In this document: positions 22,322-45,846 of the stretch, piece after piece
Layout of the letters: each line of letters opens with the position of its first letter
How positions within the stretch are numbered: the stretch's first letter is position 1
Assembly: GCA_951406725.2 (NCBI GenBank)
Contig: OX597817.1
Coordinates: 1,736,001-1,800,000, forward strand
DNA from: Octopus vulgaris
Lineage: Eukaryota
Reading direction: 5' to 3'
DNA: 64,000 nt
Program-made: the position numbers and the translations under genes
Notes under the pieces: model-generated
Database searches by the model: none
What the model was told of the DNA's origin: nothing
The model's input: only the letters and a program-made list of their open reading frames with translations

Positions 22322-24830
22322 GCCCCAAAATGGAAGGTCCTGTACATAGAGAGTTAGCTTACCGAAACGGCACATTGCTTCCCTTTCTTTATCCTTACTG
22401 AAATTCCCCTGAAACAGCACACAAATGGATGCCGAGGTGAAAATAAAAGATTTCACCATCATCCGTGCAGATCGCACAGGCCGACGAAATACGGGCAGGA
22501 CGGCTATCATTCTCCATGACTCCTTTTCAGTTGATGACAAGGACATATTTTCCAATAGCTGTTGTGAATCTATATCACTATTTAACAAGACCAAAGGCAT
22601 AATCATTCTTGGTCTTTACAGGCCTCCCCAAGCACCTATAAAGTACTTTGAAGAGTGCTTCAACAAAATCAATTCGTTCCTTCAAAATTACAACTGCAGA
22701 AACATACTAGTGATGGCTGATTTTAACCTCCCTCATATAAACTGGCCCATAAATGCTCTGAAGTTAGGCAAATGCTCTACGTCAGACAAAACAGCAGCAG
22801 AATTACTCTTTAATCTAATGGATAAAATCTTCCTGGCTCAGCTAGTGCTCCAACAAACAAGATAGAATAAAACGTTCTTGGATCAAATATTAACTAACCA
22901 CTCTAGCTCCGTTCACAGTATTTCAGTTGAATAAAAACGCTCCTCTTAGACCACGACATGATACTCTGCAATTTTAATTCCTGGCATATCAAAACCAAAC
23001 CAGCCAATCCCACTCCACTGCACTTATTTGACAACATAAACTTTTACAAAGCGGATTGAGGAGCAATCAGAAAGGATCTGTCCTTCATCGACTGGTCCTT
23101 CACTCTCAGTTCCACTCATATTGAGACTGCATGGCAGCACTTTGAGAACATTGTCACTTATGCATGCTCAAAACACGCTCCTACGAAATCCACTAACACA
23201 AACAGAAACCGGCTATCTAGAAAAAAAAATCACTTATCGAGTGCATCAAAAGACTCAAAAGAAAGCAACCAATTAAAATATTCCCGCATACAACATCCAC
23301 ATGGAACAACAATGAAAAGGAGAGAGTTGGAAAAACTTCATCTGCAGACCGACATGAAAACTGCCATTGAAAATCAAAGAGCTGCAGAAGAACAGTGGGT
23401 AATCAAAAAAATCAAACAGAATCCAAAGGGTTCTATTCTTCTGCAAATGAGCATAGAACCACTGTCTCACCCATTGGGCCATTGATCGATGATAACGGTA
23501 CTCCCCAACACGATGCTAAAGAAATGGTAGAAATACTGCAGAAACAATACTGCTCTGTCTTTAGTGATCCCACTGATATTGACGTAAGAGAAGCGAACGA
23601 AGTTGATTCCCAACATAAAAAGTCGGACATAACCTTCACTACCTCAGACATCACATCAGCAATAAATGAGGTCAAATACTATTCTGCTGTAGGCCCTGAT
23701 AGATTCCCTGCTAGTCTCCTGAAGGAATGTAGACACCAGCTTGCAGTCCCTCTGACCAACCTCTGGAGAAATTCTCTAGACTCAGGTTATATACCGAAAC
23801 AGCTCCTATCACAGTGTGTCATCCCGGTTTTCAAACAGGGAAATAGATCCCTCGCAGTCAAATATCGCCCAATCTCACTCACCTCCCACATCATTAAAGT
23901 GTTTGAAAGAATGGTAAGATCAAGGATCGCTGGCTTCCTGGAGATCCACAAACTACTAAATACAAATCAGCATGGCTTTCGCTATGGTAGTGACTGTCTA
24001 ACACAGATCTTACACCACATTGAGGATATACTTAAAGCTTGGGAACAGGTTCGAACTCTGATGTCATATATCTTGACTCCAGTAAAGTGTTCGACAGGGT
24101 TGACCATAATATCTTACTCTCAAAATTGGCAAATGCTGGAATCCGTGGAAAACTTCTACATTGGATTGAGTATTTCCTGGCGAATAGAACACAACTTGTC
24201 GTGGTCGATGGAGTCCACTCAAACCCAGGAAAAGTCACCAGGAGACTGTCTTGGGCCCGCATCTCTTTATAATCTACATAAACAATCTTTCCAGCGTCGT
24301 AAAACACTGCAAAGTGAAAATATTTGCTGATGACACTAAGCTTTAGCAAATCATCAATGAAGAAGATCGAATCCAACTCCAGTCTGATCTATATGCGGTG
24401 ATTCAATGGGCAGACAAAAACAAAATGCAACTAAACGAGGGAAAATTTGAGCTGATGCATTTTAGAACAAAGACTATACTAAAATTGTCATACTCTCTTC
24501 CTTCAGGGGAACCGCCCACAGCATCTAATAATATCAGAGACCTAGGAGCATTTGTTGATAATCTAAGTTAGAGTACCCACATCAACAATAAAGTCGATAT
24601 AGCTCGTAGGATGAGCTCCTGTATCTTAGGAACCTTCCGGTCCAGAGAACAAGGTGTCATCATTCCACTTTCTCCCCCTTTGTACGGCCACACCTCGAAT
24701 ACTGCTGCCGCCTGTGGTTACAAAACAAAATATCTCGAAAACTGAATCACCCCAGAGAACATTCACTAAACAAATTAAGGGCATGATTGATCTCGATTTC
24801 TGGGGCCGTCTTAAACTCTACTCCAGATAA
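22322..24830 (+). pseudogene. Decayed non-LTR retrotransposon ORF2 (AP-like endonuclease + reverse transcriptase), CR1 group
   Basis: Endonuclease motifs IRADR, GLYRPP, ADFNLPHINW; RT motifs YRPISLTSHIIKVFER, NQHGFR, DVIYLDSSKVFDRVDH, KIFADDTKL, RPHLEYC; multiple stops and frameshifts. Confidence 0.92.
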
Positions 24831-25159
24831 GAACATTATCTTCCATGTCAGAAAGACTTTACTCTTCAGTGAGAACGCTGAGTGGGTCAAGACTACCGAT
24901 CAATGTGATCATGCCATAACTGAGATACGAATTGATTACTAAGCCTGTCGACTTCCACTTTATTTTCTGTAACTTGTGTTGTTTTTTTTTCAGCGATTCT
25001 CTACCACATCGGTCGTCCCTGTTTCTTGTTCTATAGTTTCTTCATTTACTGTACCTCATAGGTCAATAAAATCTGTACATATAAGTTTGGTTTGTTTAAG
25101 TCACTTCAACCAGCAACATCCAGTTTCTACAAGTGTTCTGTCTTTATAACAGTCCAGGG

Positions 25160-25478
25160 CAGTGCTCTGCAACCAGCATTCCGCGGCAGGCTGGAGTGTC
25201 ACGAGACGATGCTAGGTGTGCCGCAGTGTAACCTGAATATAATTTTTTTCCCTATGGAAATAATTTTTTCCCAACTGGTCTATGCAGTAGTCTAAAGAAG
25301 CACTATGCGGATCACTGGACTATGCAACCGGTACGCCGTGGCACACTGGTGTGCCACAAGGCGATGCTACGTGTGCCGCAGTGTAACCTGAGTATAATTT
25401 TTCTCCTATACGTTTAGTTAAATTTTTAGTTGAGGTGTGCCGCCGAATTTTGAAAAGAAGAAAGGATGCGGAGCACTG
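25160..25478. mobile_element. hAT (Charlie-like) MITE, apparently dimeric (duplicate at about 36245-36564)
   Basis: Termini CAGTGCTCTGCAACC / GGATGCGGAGCACTG match at 13 of 15 positions as inverted repeats; internal direct repeat GATGCTA-GTGTGCCGCAGTGTAACCTGA-TATAATTTTT occurs twice; flanking 8-mers do not match. Confidence 0.7.
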
Positions 25479-25743
25479 ATCTAAAGTCATTATTGTAGAT
25501 GTTGTGGTTTAACACGAGGCCACCACTGATGAAGCAGATCTGTTGTCAAAATCTTTTGTATTTAAATGATTACATTTATAGAATGTGATTGGAAATGAAT
25601 TTGGTCACCATTTCTAGTACGTCGAACCAATACGTAGAGGTTCCCTCGCTGGCTCGTGCTCAGGTATGCTGTGTAAGTATGTTTGTGCTTACTGATAAAC
25701 CAATAGCTGCATAACAACATCTAGCGCTCGAATATATATTTTT

Positions 25744-25874
25744 CTATATTTCTGACGAAGAGCTCCGCTCGAAACGTGGAATCCTCTTTTCTTTCTTTTC
25801 CTGAGCGTCCAACAACACTGTACTTATTCCACGTCCTCGCGTTGTTGTTTTTTCTTGCTTGTTCGTGTTTGGAT

Positions 25875-25879
<5 letters not shown>
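25744..25879 (+). mobile_element. Short (TA)n-associated element with a hammerhead-ribozyme-like core, probably Penelope-like-element derived (duplicate at about 36830-36965)
   Basis: CTGACGA-A-GAGC-tcc-GCTC-GAAAC at 25752-25775; related in layout and sequence to 45625-45812. Confidence 0.6.
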
Positions 25880-25943
<64 letters not shown>

Positions 25944-26010
25944 GTAAATGTAATATGTGACAATTATTCGGTAACCATGATAAAACTCCGAGTTGTCCTA
26001 CCATTTTTAT

Positions 26011-26154
<144 letters not shown>

Positions 26155-26869
26155 GACGGGATTCCACTTCCGACAACCATATTCACCCACAACGCATAGG
26201 TTAACCCTTGGCTATAGTGGAACACACTTGCTCAAAGTGTCACGCGCTGGGACTGAACTCAAAATCATATGGTTTCAAAGCGAACTTCTTTACCATATAG
26301 CCATACTTGCCACTATATTAATATATTAAAAAAAAACTACTACAAGCTAAAGCAAATAATTCAAACGGGCCAACGGTTTGACTCTTTATATATACACGCA
26401 CGTGTGATGAACTGAATAATGTTCGCAAAAGATTCTCAATTAACTTCTATCTTAATAAGAGAAAGAAAACAAAAGCCTGCAGTAATGAAAGCTATTTTCA
26501 GAGTAAAAGGAAGATAGTCTCCAGAAACGGACAAAATTAATTTACATCGTTACCGAAACATCTTGTCTTTGTTTGCAAGCAACTGGAGAGTGGTGGACAT
26601 CATATAGATTAATTTTCTTTCTCCAAGAAATTAAGACATATTTTAACTAAGTCATTTAGTACATCATACTTTTAAAATCATTTATCTAAATCAAAGTGAA
26701 AGATATTTGTAATTATTATTATAATGATTGCTATAATTGCGTTTAGTGTTGGTCATTATAATTATCCAGCCTATTATACTTGTTGTTACTTTTGATGTTT
26801 GTAATTAGGACTTTCTATCTTCCTCTCTTTATCTTTCGACAAATGTGTGTTTGTGTGTGTTTGTGTATG

Positions 26870-28840
26870 TAGAGGTAGGCACTGTTAATCGAAATGTTAA
26901 CTTCGTTAATCGTTAACCCGTTAATTCTTTGAAAATGTAACAGAAGTTAACGTTAATCCGTTAACTTGAATTTTTATTGAAAATTGGCATAACTACAGTT
27001 TAATACCCCAACAATTGTTACCTCGTAACTTCCAGAAAAATGGATACTTTTTAACAAAACTTTCACCAAATAATCGCTTATATTCTGTAGATTGAGTGGA
27101 TGAAAATATTTGTTGGAGAAAGTTTTTCGAGGGGCTGGGGAGAGGAATTTCGAAAAATTCACAGGACCCGACATTTCCACCCACCTCATAACATTCTGGA
27201 GAATAGGTATTTTTAAATGAAATTTAATACAAATACCTTTCAAACAGTGTGGACTACGATTACAAAGAAATTTGTAGGCAAAATATTTGGAAGGGGCTGG
27301 GGGTGAGAAGTTTCTGGAAAACGGAGTTTCGAATCAGACGGCACACATAAGTTGGAATTTTTTTTTACACTCCGCACTTAAAACCCATGAGAGAAACATT
27401 TTCAGTTTACAAAAAAAAATGTTAATAATTTCAGAAGATGTGAGATTTAAGGAAGATCTGGCTGTTGTTTCTAGCACATTCCAAAACCACCCTCCTCGTT
27501 GCTTTGTCATTCACACACCTATTGATATTTTTCAATAATTTTCTCCCCACAAACAAATTTTATGGAATAATGTTGTCAAAGTAACACACGTGTAGTCCCA
27601 ACCGAGCGAGGCCGTGTTATGTGTGAAAGAAAAAAAACACCTCAACACAGTTTTCATATTAATCTGTCAAATATAATGTTTATTTGCTCACGTTATTTTG
27701 AATTATTCAGGTTCAAGAGGAGTGTCCATAATATTTGCTTGTACCTTTGTAAATTTTTTACATACAAATTTGAAATTTTGTCAGTGGGTGCTTTATATAC
27801 CACTGGTTCATAGTTATGTAATTTTAGCTTATCTTACCGCGTAAATTTGACTTTTATGGGTAGGTAAATTTAATTAATAGGTGTAAAAGCAATAACATTA
27901 TGGATAAACACTAAAATTGAAACCTGTTTGATTTGTCACTAAAATTATCCCAGATGGCAACCGACAAAAATGTTTCCACATTTCAAGATGAAGGACATTA
28001 ATTTGAATAGTTATAATCGGTACAAGATTTTATTCTTTCGGTAAGTATTTCGTACCTCGGCGTGGAATTATTTTTTCCACAGATTTTTCGAGTGCGTTCA
28101 TTGCATCTGACCTCCAAACCTGCCGCAAGCCACTATTTCCGGAAAAGAAAGGTGAGAGGGGTGGTGGGGACCACGAAGTTTCCCACCAAGGACGTTTTGT
28201 TTCGTGGGTCTTTTCCCTTTTCCAGGTTATTTTGCGTGCTTTCAACGAACGTGAATGACATCGAAATCACGCGTAAACAACTCCTTTTTTTTCCAGATTC
28301 GGCTGCTATTTCTAGCATGCTCTGTTACCACGTAACAGCTGTTTGCGTTCACACCGAAATATTTACTAACTTTTTTCCTTCCATTTATTTTTTCCACTTT
28401 ATGGAAGTCAATATTTTCTATATTGACATCCACCTCAGCGAGGTCACGAATCAAGTGGAAACACATCAATCATTGTTCCCTCTTGACAGGACAAAGAAAT
28501 TTTCCGCTGTCTTTGCAAGTAACAAGCAAGTGGATTTGGTTTCAAATCCAGGCAGGGCCAAACGAGGTCCTACAAGTTATTTATAATAATAAATGGCGTT
28601 ATATCGGGGTTGAAAGCATGACGCATACAATATCAAATAAACTAAGACAATCTGAAAACAATAGAAACTTTTAAACGTCTACCGGTTTTTATGAAATTTT
28701 GGGGTTAACAGAAGCTGTGTAATGGAAGTTAATTAGTCCGATAATGATTTTGAAAGCTAACTTAAAAGTGAAATCGTTAACGAAAATGTTAACGTCGTTA
28801 ATTAATGATTAGCGGATTAACGGACTTACGCCCAGCTCTG
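26870..28840. mobile_element. ~2-kb non-autonomous hAT-like DNA transposon with GTTAAC-rich subterminal arrays (duplicate at about 37963-39933)
   Basis: Termini TAGAGGTAGGCA / CGCCCAGCTCTG are imperfect inverted repeats; clustered GTTAAC/CGTTAA motifs at both ends; flanks TGTGTATG / TCTATATG match at 6 of 8 (decayed 8-bp TSD); no transposase ORF. Confidence 0.65.
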
Positions 28841-28860
28841 TCTATATGTATGTATGTATT

Positions 28861-28944
<84 letters not shown>

Positions 28945-28947
<3 letters not shown>

Positions 28948-29097
28948 GCAAGTTGTGTGGTAAGTTTACTTCCCAATCACATGACTCCGGGTTCAGTCTC
29001 ACTGTGTGCTACCTTGGACACGTGTCTTCTATAGCCTCGGGCCGGCCAGAACTTTGTAAGTGGTTCTGATTGGCGGAAACTGAAAGAAGCCCCTCGT
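28945..29097 (+). mobile_element. SINE family B 5' half (duplicate at about 40027-40181)
   Basis: GTGTGGTAAGTTTACTTCCCAATCACATGACTCCGGGTTCAGTC...GGAAACTGAAAGAAGCCC. Confidence 0.8.
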
Positions 29098-29232
29098 ATA
29101 TATATATATATCTGTGTGTGTGTGTGTGTGTAATATTTTTATATTTTTCTCCTCTAGACGTGAATGATCTCTTAGAACAAACCTGTACTGCGGTAGTTAC
29201 CATGAGAGAAACTCTCATATTGGCTTTTGGTA

Positions 29233-29294
<62 letters not shown>

Positions 29295-29467
29295 CTTTCC
29301 TTTATGAAGACATACTCTTATCAAGTATTTTTCTTCCATCACCTCTCCAAACGTCTGTTTTCTTTTTATATCCAATTTACCTCAATTTCTCTGTCTCCCT
29401 CATCTCCCTGTTGGTCTTTATCTCCTTTCCTCTTTCTCCTTTATCTTTTCAGTTTTTGATCTGAATG

Positions 29468-29501
<34 letters not shown>

Positions 29502-31047
29502 TTTCTTTCTCTCTCCTTCTGTCCCTCCCTCCCTCCCACTTACATAGACAGAAACGTCCATTATTTAACTGTTGACACGTATCTACCTTTCCTATTTCAA
29601 CCGGAAACAGATATGCCAATGGCAGCTTGACACCATTTGAAACACACACCCAGGCGCCTATACACACATAGGTACAAACATTCACCGTATATACACAAGC
29701 GCGCGCACACACATACACACATACGCGCGCGCAGCTTTGCACTTATATATGTATGATTCTTGTCTATTTGTATCGGTGGCAAAAAAAATTACAAGGAGCT
29801 ACATATGGTATCGCAATAACATAAGTGTGGAGTGCATTAATTAGTACGTTATTTGCCGCTGTTTTTTAGTTAAATAATTATGGCTTCCATTGACCTTAGT
29901 CTAATATATTTATTTAAGGAGAATAACTTCCTGAAGGTACCACAGATATAATTGGTTAGATGTGGTTTTAATATAATACCGAAAGGAATGACAGAATTGT
30001 CTTGTTAAGAAATAATTCTTTTGAACAAATTAGATCAATTTTCATGGTCAATTTTTATGAAAATAAAACAGAAAACAACCTGTAACAGTCCTGGTTTTTC
30101 ATTGTTTGGGAGGGATGGTTCTCGTACAATACACTACATGGGTTATGTAAGTGCACTGTGAGGTTTTAAAATATAATTTATGTCCGTGGAAAACCAATAT
30201 TAACGCTTCAGCGTTTTGAGAAACGTGGTTCTTTCATAAGTTTGTTACATACAAAAAGTTTAATGAAATAATCAAGCAACAAGTTTTTAAATTTTGTTGT
30301 TGTTAGTTTTAAATTTAAAGTTAAGTTCTTTTTTTCTTTTACTTTCCATGTAAGGTGCACCACTAGTATATTTTTTTATAGTGTTCTACGAAGTAAAAGA
30401 ATTTGAAAACCAATGTCCTGGAAAACCGATGGAGTGTTTGTCAAGAAAATGTATGATTTCATACAATTATGACAGTGCCGTTTCGACGACGGTTTAAGAA
30501 TTAGATACGGTTGCAACATGTATCATTTGGAGAGGTTCTATGTAGCTGTTCGAACCGAGGCGTGAAATTAGCTGCTAGAAAATAGCAACCAATTATTCCC
30601 GAAATCACAAAAAGCCATTGTAAAAATTTGCTTGACAAATTAGAGTAGATTTTGATATGCAGACGATCGTAATAATCATAAGTGGAAACCTTTGATCACA
30701 AGACTTTTTATTCAGGGCCGACTTAGGGTTAAAATAACAACAGTCAATAGCGTACAGTTTTTGACTGTATTTACAGGGAAAGTTTTAGAAACAAAAATAA
30801 AACTTATGAATATCGTTGTTATTCGTAATTCAGTTGTACGTTCTCTTTTTCCACTGTGTCTTGAACTATTATGCGGAAAAACAGAAAAGCAAGGCAGTTT
30901 ATTAAGTGGAATACAATTTTTGTAGGTTCTGTTGATCATGACCTGATTTATATGCCGTTTACATTGTTGCTGTGCTCTTATCAAGCACACCTATGATCAG
31001 AGCAGTTCCTCCTATGACCATCAAGTTTATTTTCTTCAAGTAATGTC

Positions 31048-31147
31048 NNNNNNNNNNNNNNNNNNNNNNNNNNNNNNNNNNNNNNNNNNNNNNNNNNNNN
31101 NNNNNNNNNNNNNNNNNNNNNNNNNNNNNNNNNNNNNNNNNNNNNNN
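31048..31147. other. Assembly gap (100 N)
   Basis: Run of exactly 100 N, a typical placeholder for a scaffold join of unknown size. Confidence 0.99.
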
Positions 31148-42136
<10,989 letters not shown>

Positions 42137-43051
42137 TATTCGGATTTGTTAGCTATAGCACACATTTTTAATGATAAAAATAAAAATAAATGTTAGGCTG
42201 GGATTTAATGAAAATTTGGCTGCTTTTCCCCTTAGGGCGAGCGACTGCACACGCGCTCACTTTAAACTGCTTATATTATATATTAAACGCATGTGAAGTG
42301 AAATGGTTCAACAAGGGATTGAATCTGAGCTACAGACATGTTAGTGCCAACAGACAACTCTTAAAAGTTATTCACATGCGAAGACATAGTCATGTGGGTT
42401 TTATTATTGTTTGTGGTGGTGGCGGTGGTTTAGTTCATTAACACTAATAACGCTATTGCTGATATTTAGCGCTGATCAAATCAATCTATACTTAAAAGTA
42501 ATTCATCCAAGAATATTTCAGTTTTTAGAGATAATTACGGCTCCGTTACCTAATGAGAAATTTCTTTAAGAAAGTAGGAGGCAAGATGAAGATCTGAGTA
42601 CTATTTCTTACAGGTTACTCGTAAACGTGCAGTTCCACTGTTGCTTCTTTCAATTGATGTTAGAGTAGGGTGTACGACTAGTTTTACTTTGCGATAATAG
42701 ACACCTCAACCAGAGCCCTTGTTTCTATTTTGAAAATAAATCAACGTCTGAATGAACATATTATATATATATATATAAAATGTATGCACGTGTGTGAGTG
42801 TATACGCGAGTATTCACATATAAACATATATTTATGCATACGTAGAGGGAGGTGTAACATATGCTTCGGTTCAAAATTCACCTAGTTTCTATTTCAAGGC
42901 CTTTATAAAGAGGTGGGGTGTGACCAGCATACTTTCTTTGCAGGATCCTTTTACATTGAATGTGGGTTCTAAGGGGTTGAATAATACGCACACACATGCT
43001 TATATATATATATAGGCACACACACATATATGTGCATACATATATATATAT

Positions 43052-43116
<65 letters not shown>

Positions 43117-43346
43117 CGTGTACGAGAATGATGTTTACATTCAGTAAGAGGTATGGAAGTTATGTCTATTTGTCTGTTTATCTTACTCGCATCTCTTTCT
43201 TTCTCTCTCTCTCTTTCTCTCACTCTCTGTCTTTTTGTCTTTTATGTTGCACTCACACACATACAAAAGCTTCCTGCAAATGAAGTCTAATTACCATTAC
43301 AGAAAATCTTGGAAGGGAATTAACAGACATTGTGCACGTATGCATA

Positions 43347-43442
<96 letters not shown>

Positions 43443-43852
43443 TGTATGCATGCATGCAGAAAGAGAGAGAACTTTTCTTTTAGGTGATATCAAATTTAAA
43501 AGTAGCAGATGAAAGTTACTATTCTCTATCAGAATTTATGAAAGGACTCGGGTCATAATTTCGAGAAATCTGTCGCATATTTTGCAATACTTGTGGTATC
43601 AATCAATAAAGAAGCATCAAATAACCGACATAAAGAGCGTTTGTATGCAAATCGAGAAACAGTTTCCCTATAATGAATCCAAACGTAAGCAAAATTTTTT
43701 TAAAATCTGAGCTTTCAGAAATAGTAACAAGAATTTCAAATATACAAACATAGATACAGTAGTCAAAGCTAGAAAGAACGAAAGCAAGTGAGAAACTATA
43801 AATAAATATGCTTCCTAACTTTTGAACACATTCAGCAGCTGTTGCTATACAG

Positions 43853-43990
43853 CAGATGTCCTCAACCACCGGGTCGCCGTTCAGTAGCGGGCCATGGATC
43901 AGTCAGTAGCGGGCCGCATAGAAAGAATAATTATTTTAAAATTCTATTTTATTGATTATCACAGTTTGCGGTATGTTTTACATTATACAC
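43853..43990 (+). mobile_element. Left-end fragment of a hAT/Charlie-type transposon
   Basis: CAGATGTCCTCAACCACCGGGTCGCCG...GTAGCGGGCCGCATAGAAAGAATAA resembles a CAGGGGTCCCCAACC-type terminus with subterminal repeats; no partner end found. Confidence 0.55.
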
Positions 43991-44109
43991 CTCAACTTCA
44001 ACGTCATCATTTCAGAAGGAGAACCCCCTCCCTGATGTCTCCCCACCGCTGTTTGTCTGTCTCCGGCCAGCTATGGTCATGTGGGCACCAGGTAGCGAGT
44101 GAAATAATT

Positions 44110-45607
44110 TAATCTCGAATACAAAACAATAAACATTTTCAAAAATATGATCGAAATATTAATTTTCAAGCGATACAGAAGTATGTACAACCTAAAGGGT
44201 TATTTGCTATATTCAATCAATGGTGTGACCGCCCTTGCTTTCAGTAACTACATTAAGTCTTCTGGGCATAGAATCGATTAAGTTTCCGCATACAAACGAT
44301 GAGATCGACCTCCATTCATCCTGAATGATGTCTTTCAACTGTCTTACATTACAGGTTTTTTCTCTTCAACCTACCTTTTCAAAACACCCCACAAATATTC
44401 TACTGGTTTTAAATCAGGTGGCATGGTAGGCCAAGGCAATACCTTTATTATTTTTATCTGATAAAAACTTAATCATCATCTTTGAAGTGTGTTTAGGGTC
44501 ATTATCATATTAGAACTTGGAATATCTTCCTATTTCCTTGATACTTTTCAACATTGTTTTCTGCAATATGTCACAATAAAGCTTTGAATCCATTGTTCTC
44601 TCAATAAATGTGACTCCTCCCTTACCAGCTGCACTCATGCATCCCCAAAGTGCAACACTTTCGCCAACGTGTCTCACGGTAGGCACGCTGCAATTGTCGC
44701 TATTATCTTCACCTGGTCGTCGCCCTACTCGTTTAATACCATCTGACCCAAACAACTTGATTTTAGTCTCATCAGAATAAAGAATTTTATTCTAAAACTC
44801 TTTCCTCTTACATAGGTTTCAGCAAAAGAAAGACGACTTGATTTATGCCTGGCAGTGAGGAGAAGTTTCCTATGAGGAATGCGTCCATGAAGATCACACT
44901 AGTTCAAACTTCGGCAAACCGTTTGAGCGGATACACTCTTTCCACTAACAGAAGATTCTTCTTGGGCCAAAGATTAAGTGGTACGATACCTGTCGTACAT
45001 AAGGCATCGTTGGATGTGGCGAATATCACGTGCAGTTAAAATAGAAGGATGACCTGGACAATGTTTATTGCTTAGCTGCCCAGCAGCTTTGTACTCCTGA
45101 ATTACTTTGGCAACTGTGTTTACACTAATATGTATTCGAAACCATTCTTGTGCAAATTCAAAAATAATTTTCTTCAAATTTCCAGACAATTCTTTTCCTT
45201 TTGGTGCCATTTTAATCACAATGAAGAAGATTCTAACCACGGTACACATGTCAGAAATCCTGCAGACGTAGTAACAATGATCGGTGCAAAAATTCCAGGA
45301 GAAATAATCTATTAGAATTGAAATCATCAGCAATACCAGAATTTAGTAAAAAAAAAAAAGAAAATTAGATAAAATATTGAATATAGCAAATTTTCTTTAG
45401 GGTGTACATATTTTTGTAGCTTTTGAAAATTAATCTTTCGTTTCATATCTTTGAAAATACTAATTGTTTTATGTTCCAAGTATGTATAATGTTTGCAAGT
45501 ACAATATATTTTATTCAGTATCAATTTCATTGGATTTCCTTCGATATTATCAGAGTAATGGCAATTTTACTAAAATTTTTAAGGGGTGTACATACTTCTG
45601 TGAGATA
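44110..45607 (-). mobile_element. Near-complete decayed Tc1 element, same family as 15949-16784
   Basis: The ~230-bp TIR at 45375-45607 is the reverse complement of the TIR at 15949-16180; only the inner half of the other TIR survives (44110-44215). Confidence 0.92.
44213..45210 (-). pseudogene. Tc1 transposase pseudogene (DD34E)
   Basis: MAPKGKELSGNLKK...ISVNTVAKVIQ (paired-like HTH), YSDETK, FGSDG, WGCMSAAG, DNDPKH; in-frame stops and frameshifts. Confidence 0.9.
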
Positions 45608-45624
45608 ATATATATATATACATA

Positions 45625-45808
45625 TATATAATAGATCGTTAGCCACTACACACATTTTTTTCTGTCCTTGTTTTTTTTTGTGTCCCTTTCTGTAGAAGAG
45701 CGTAGGCTCGAAACGTAAAAGACTTTTTCTATTCCCGAGCATTATACTAATACATCTATTTGAATTGTACACCATCTGTCTTCGTCTTTTGTTTTTTTCG
45801 TAAACTAT

Positions 45809-45812
<4 letters not shown>
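45625..45812 (+). mobile_element. Short (TA)n-flanked element with a degenerate hammerhead-like core (Penelope-like-element derived?)
   Basis: cttt-CTGTAGA-A-GAGC-gtag-GCTC-GAAAC-GTA-aaag at 45686-45721; (TA)n on both sides. Confidence 0.55.

Positions 45813-45846
<34 letters not shown>

Noticed and set aside
22425-24330. LINE ORFs as an active retrotransposon present in two copies
   Set aside because: Multiple stops and frameshifts; the second copy is part of the gap-flanking duplication, not an independent insertion.
30088-30415. Possible old hAT MITE (CTGGTTTTTCA ... TTGAAAACCAATG)
   Set aside because: The inverted match is too short and no TSD is visible.
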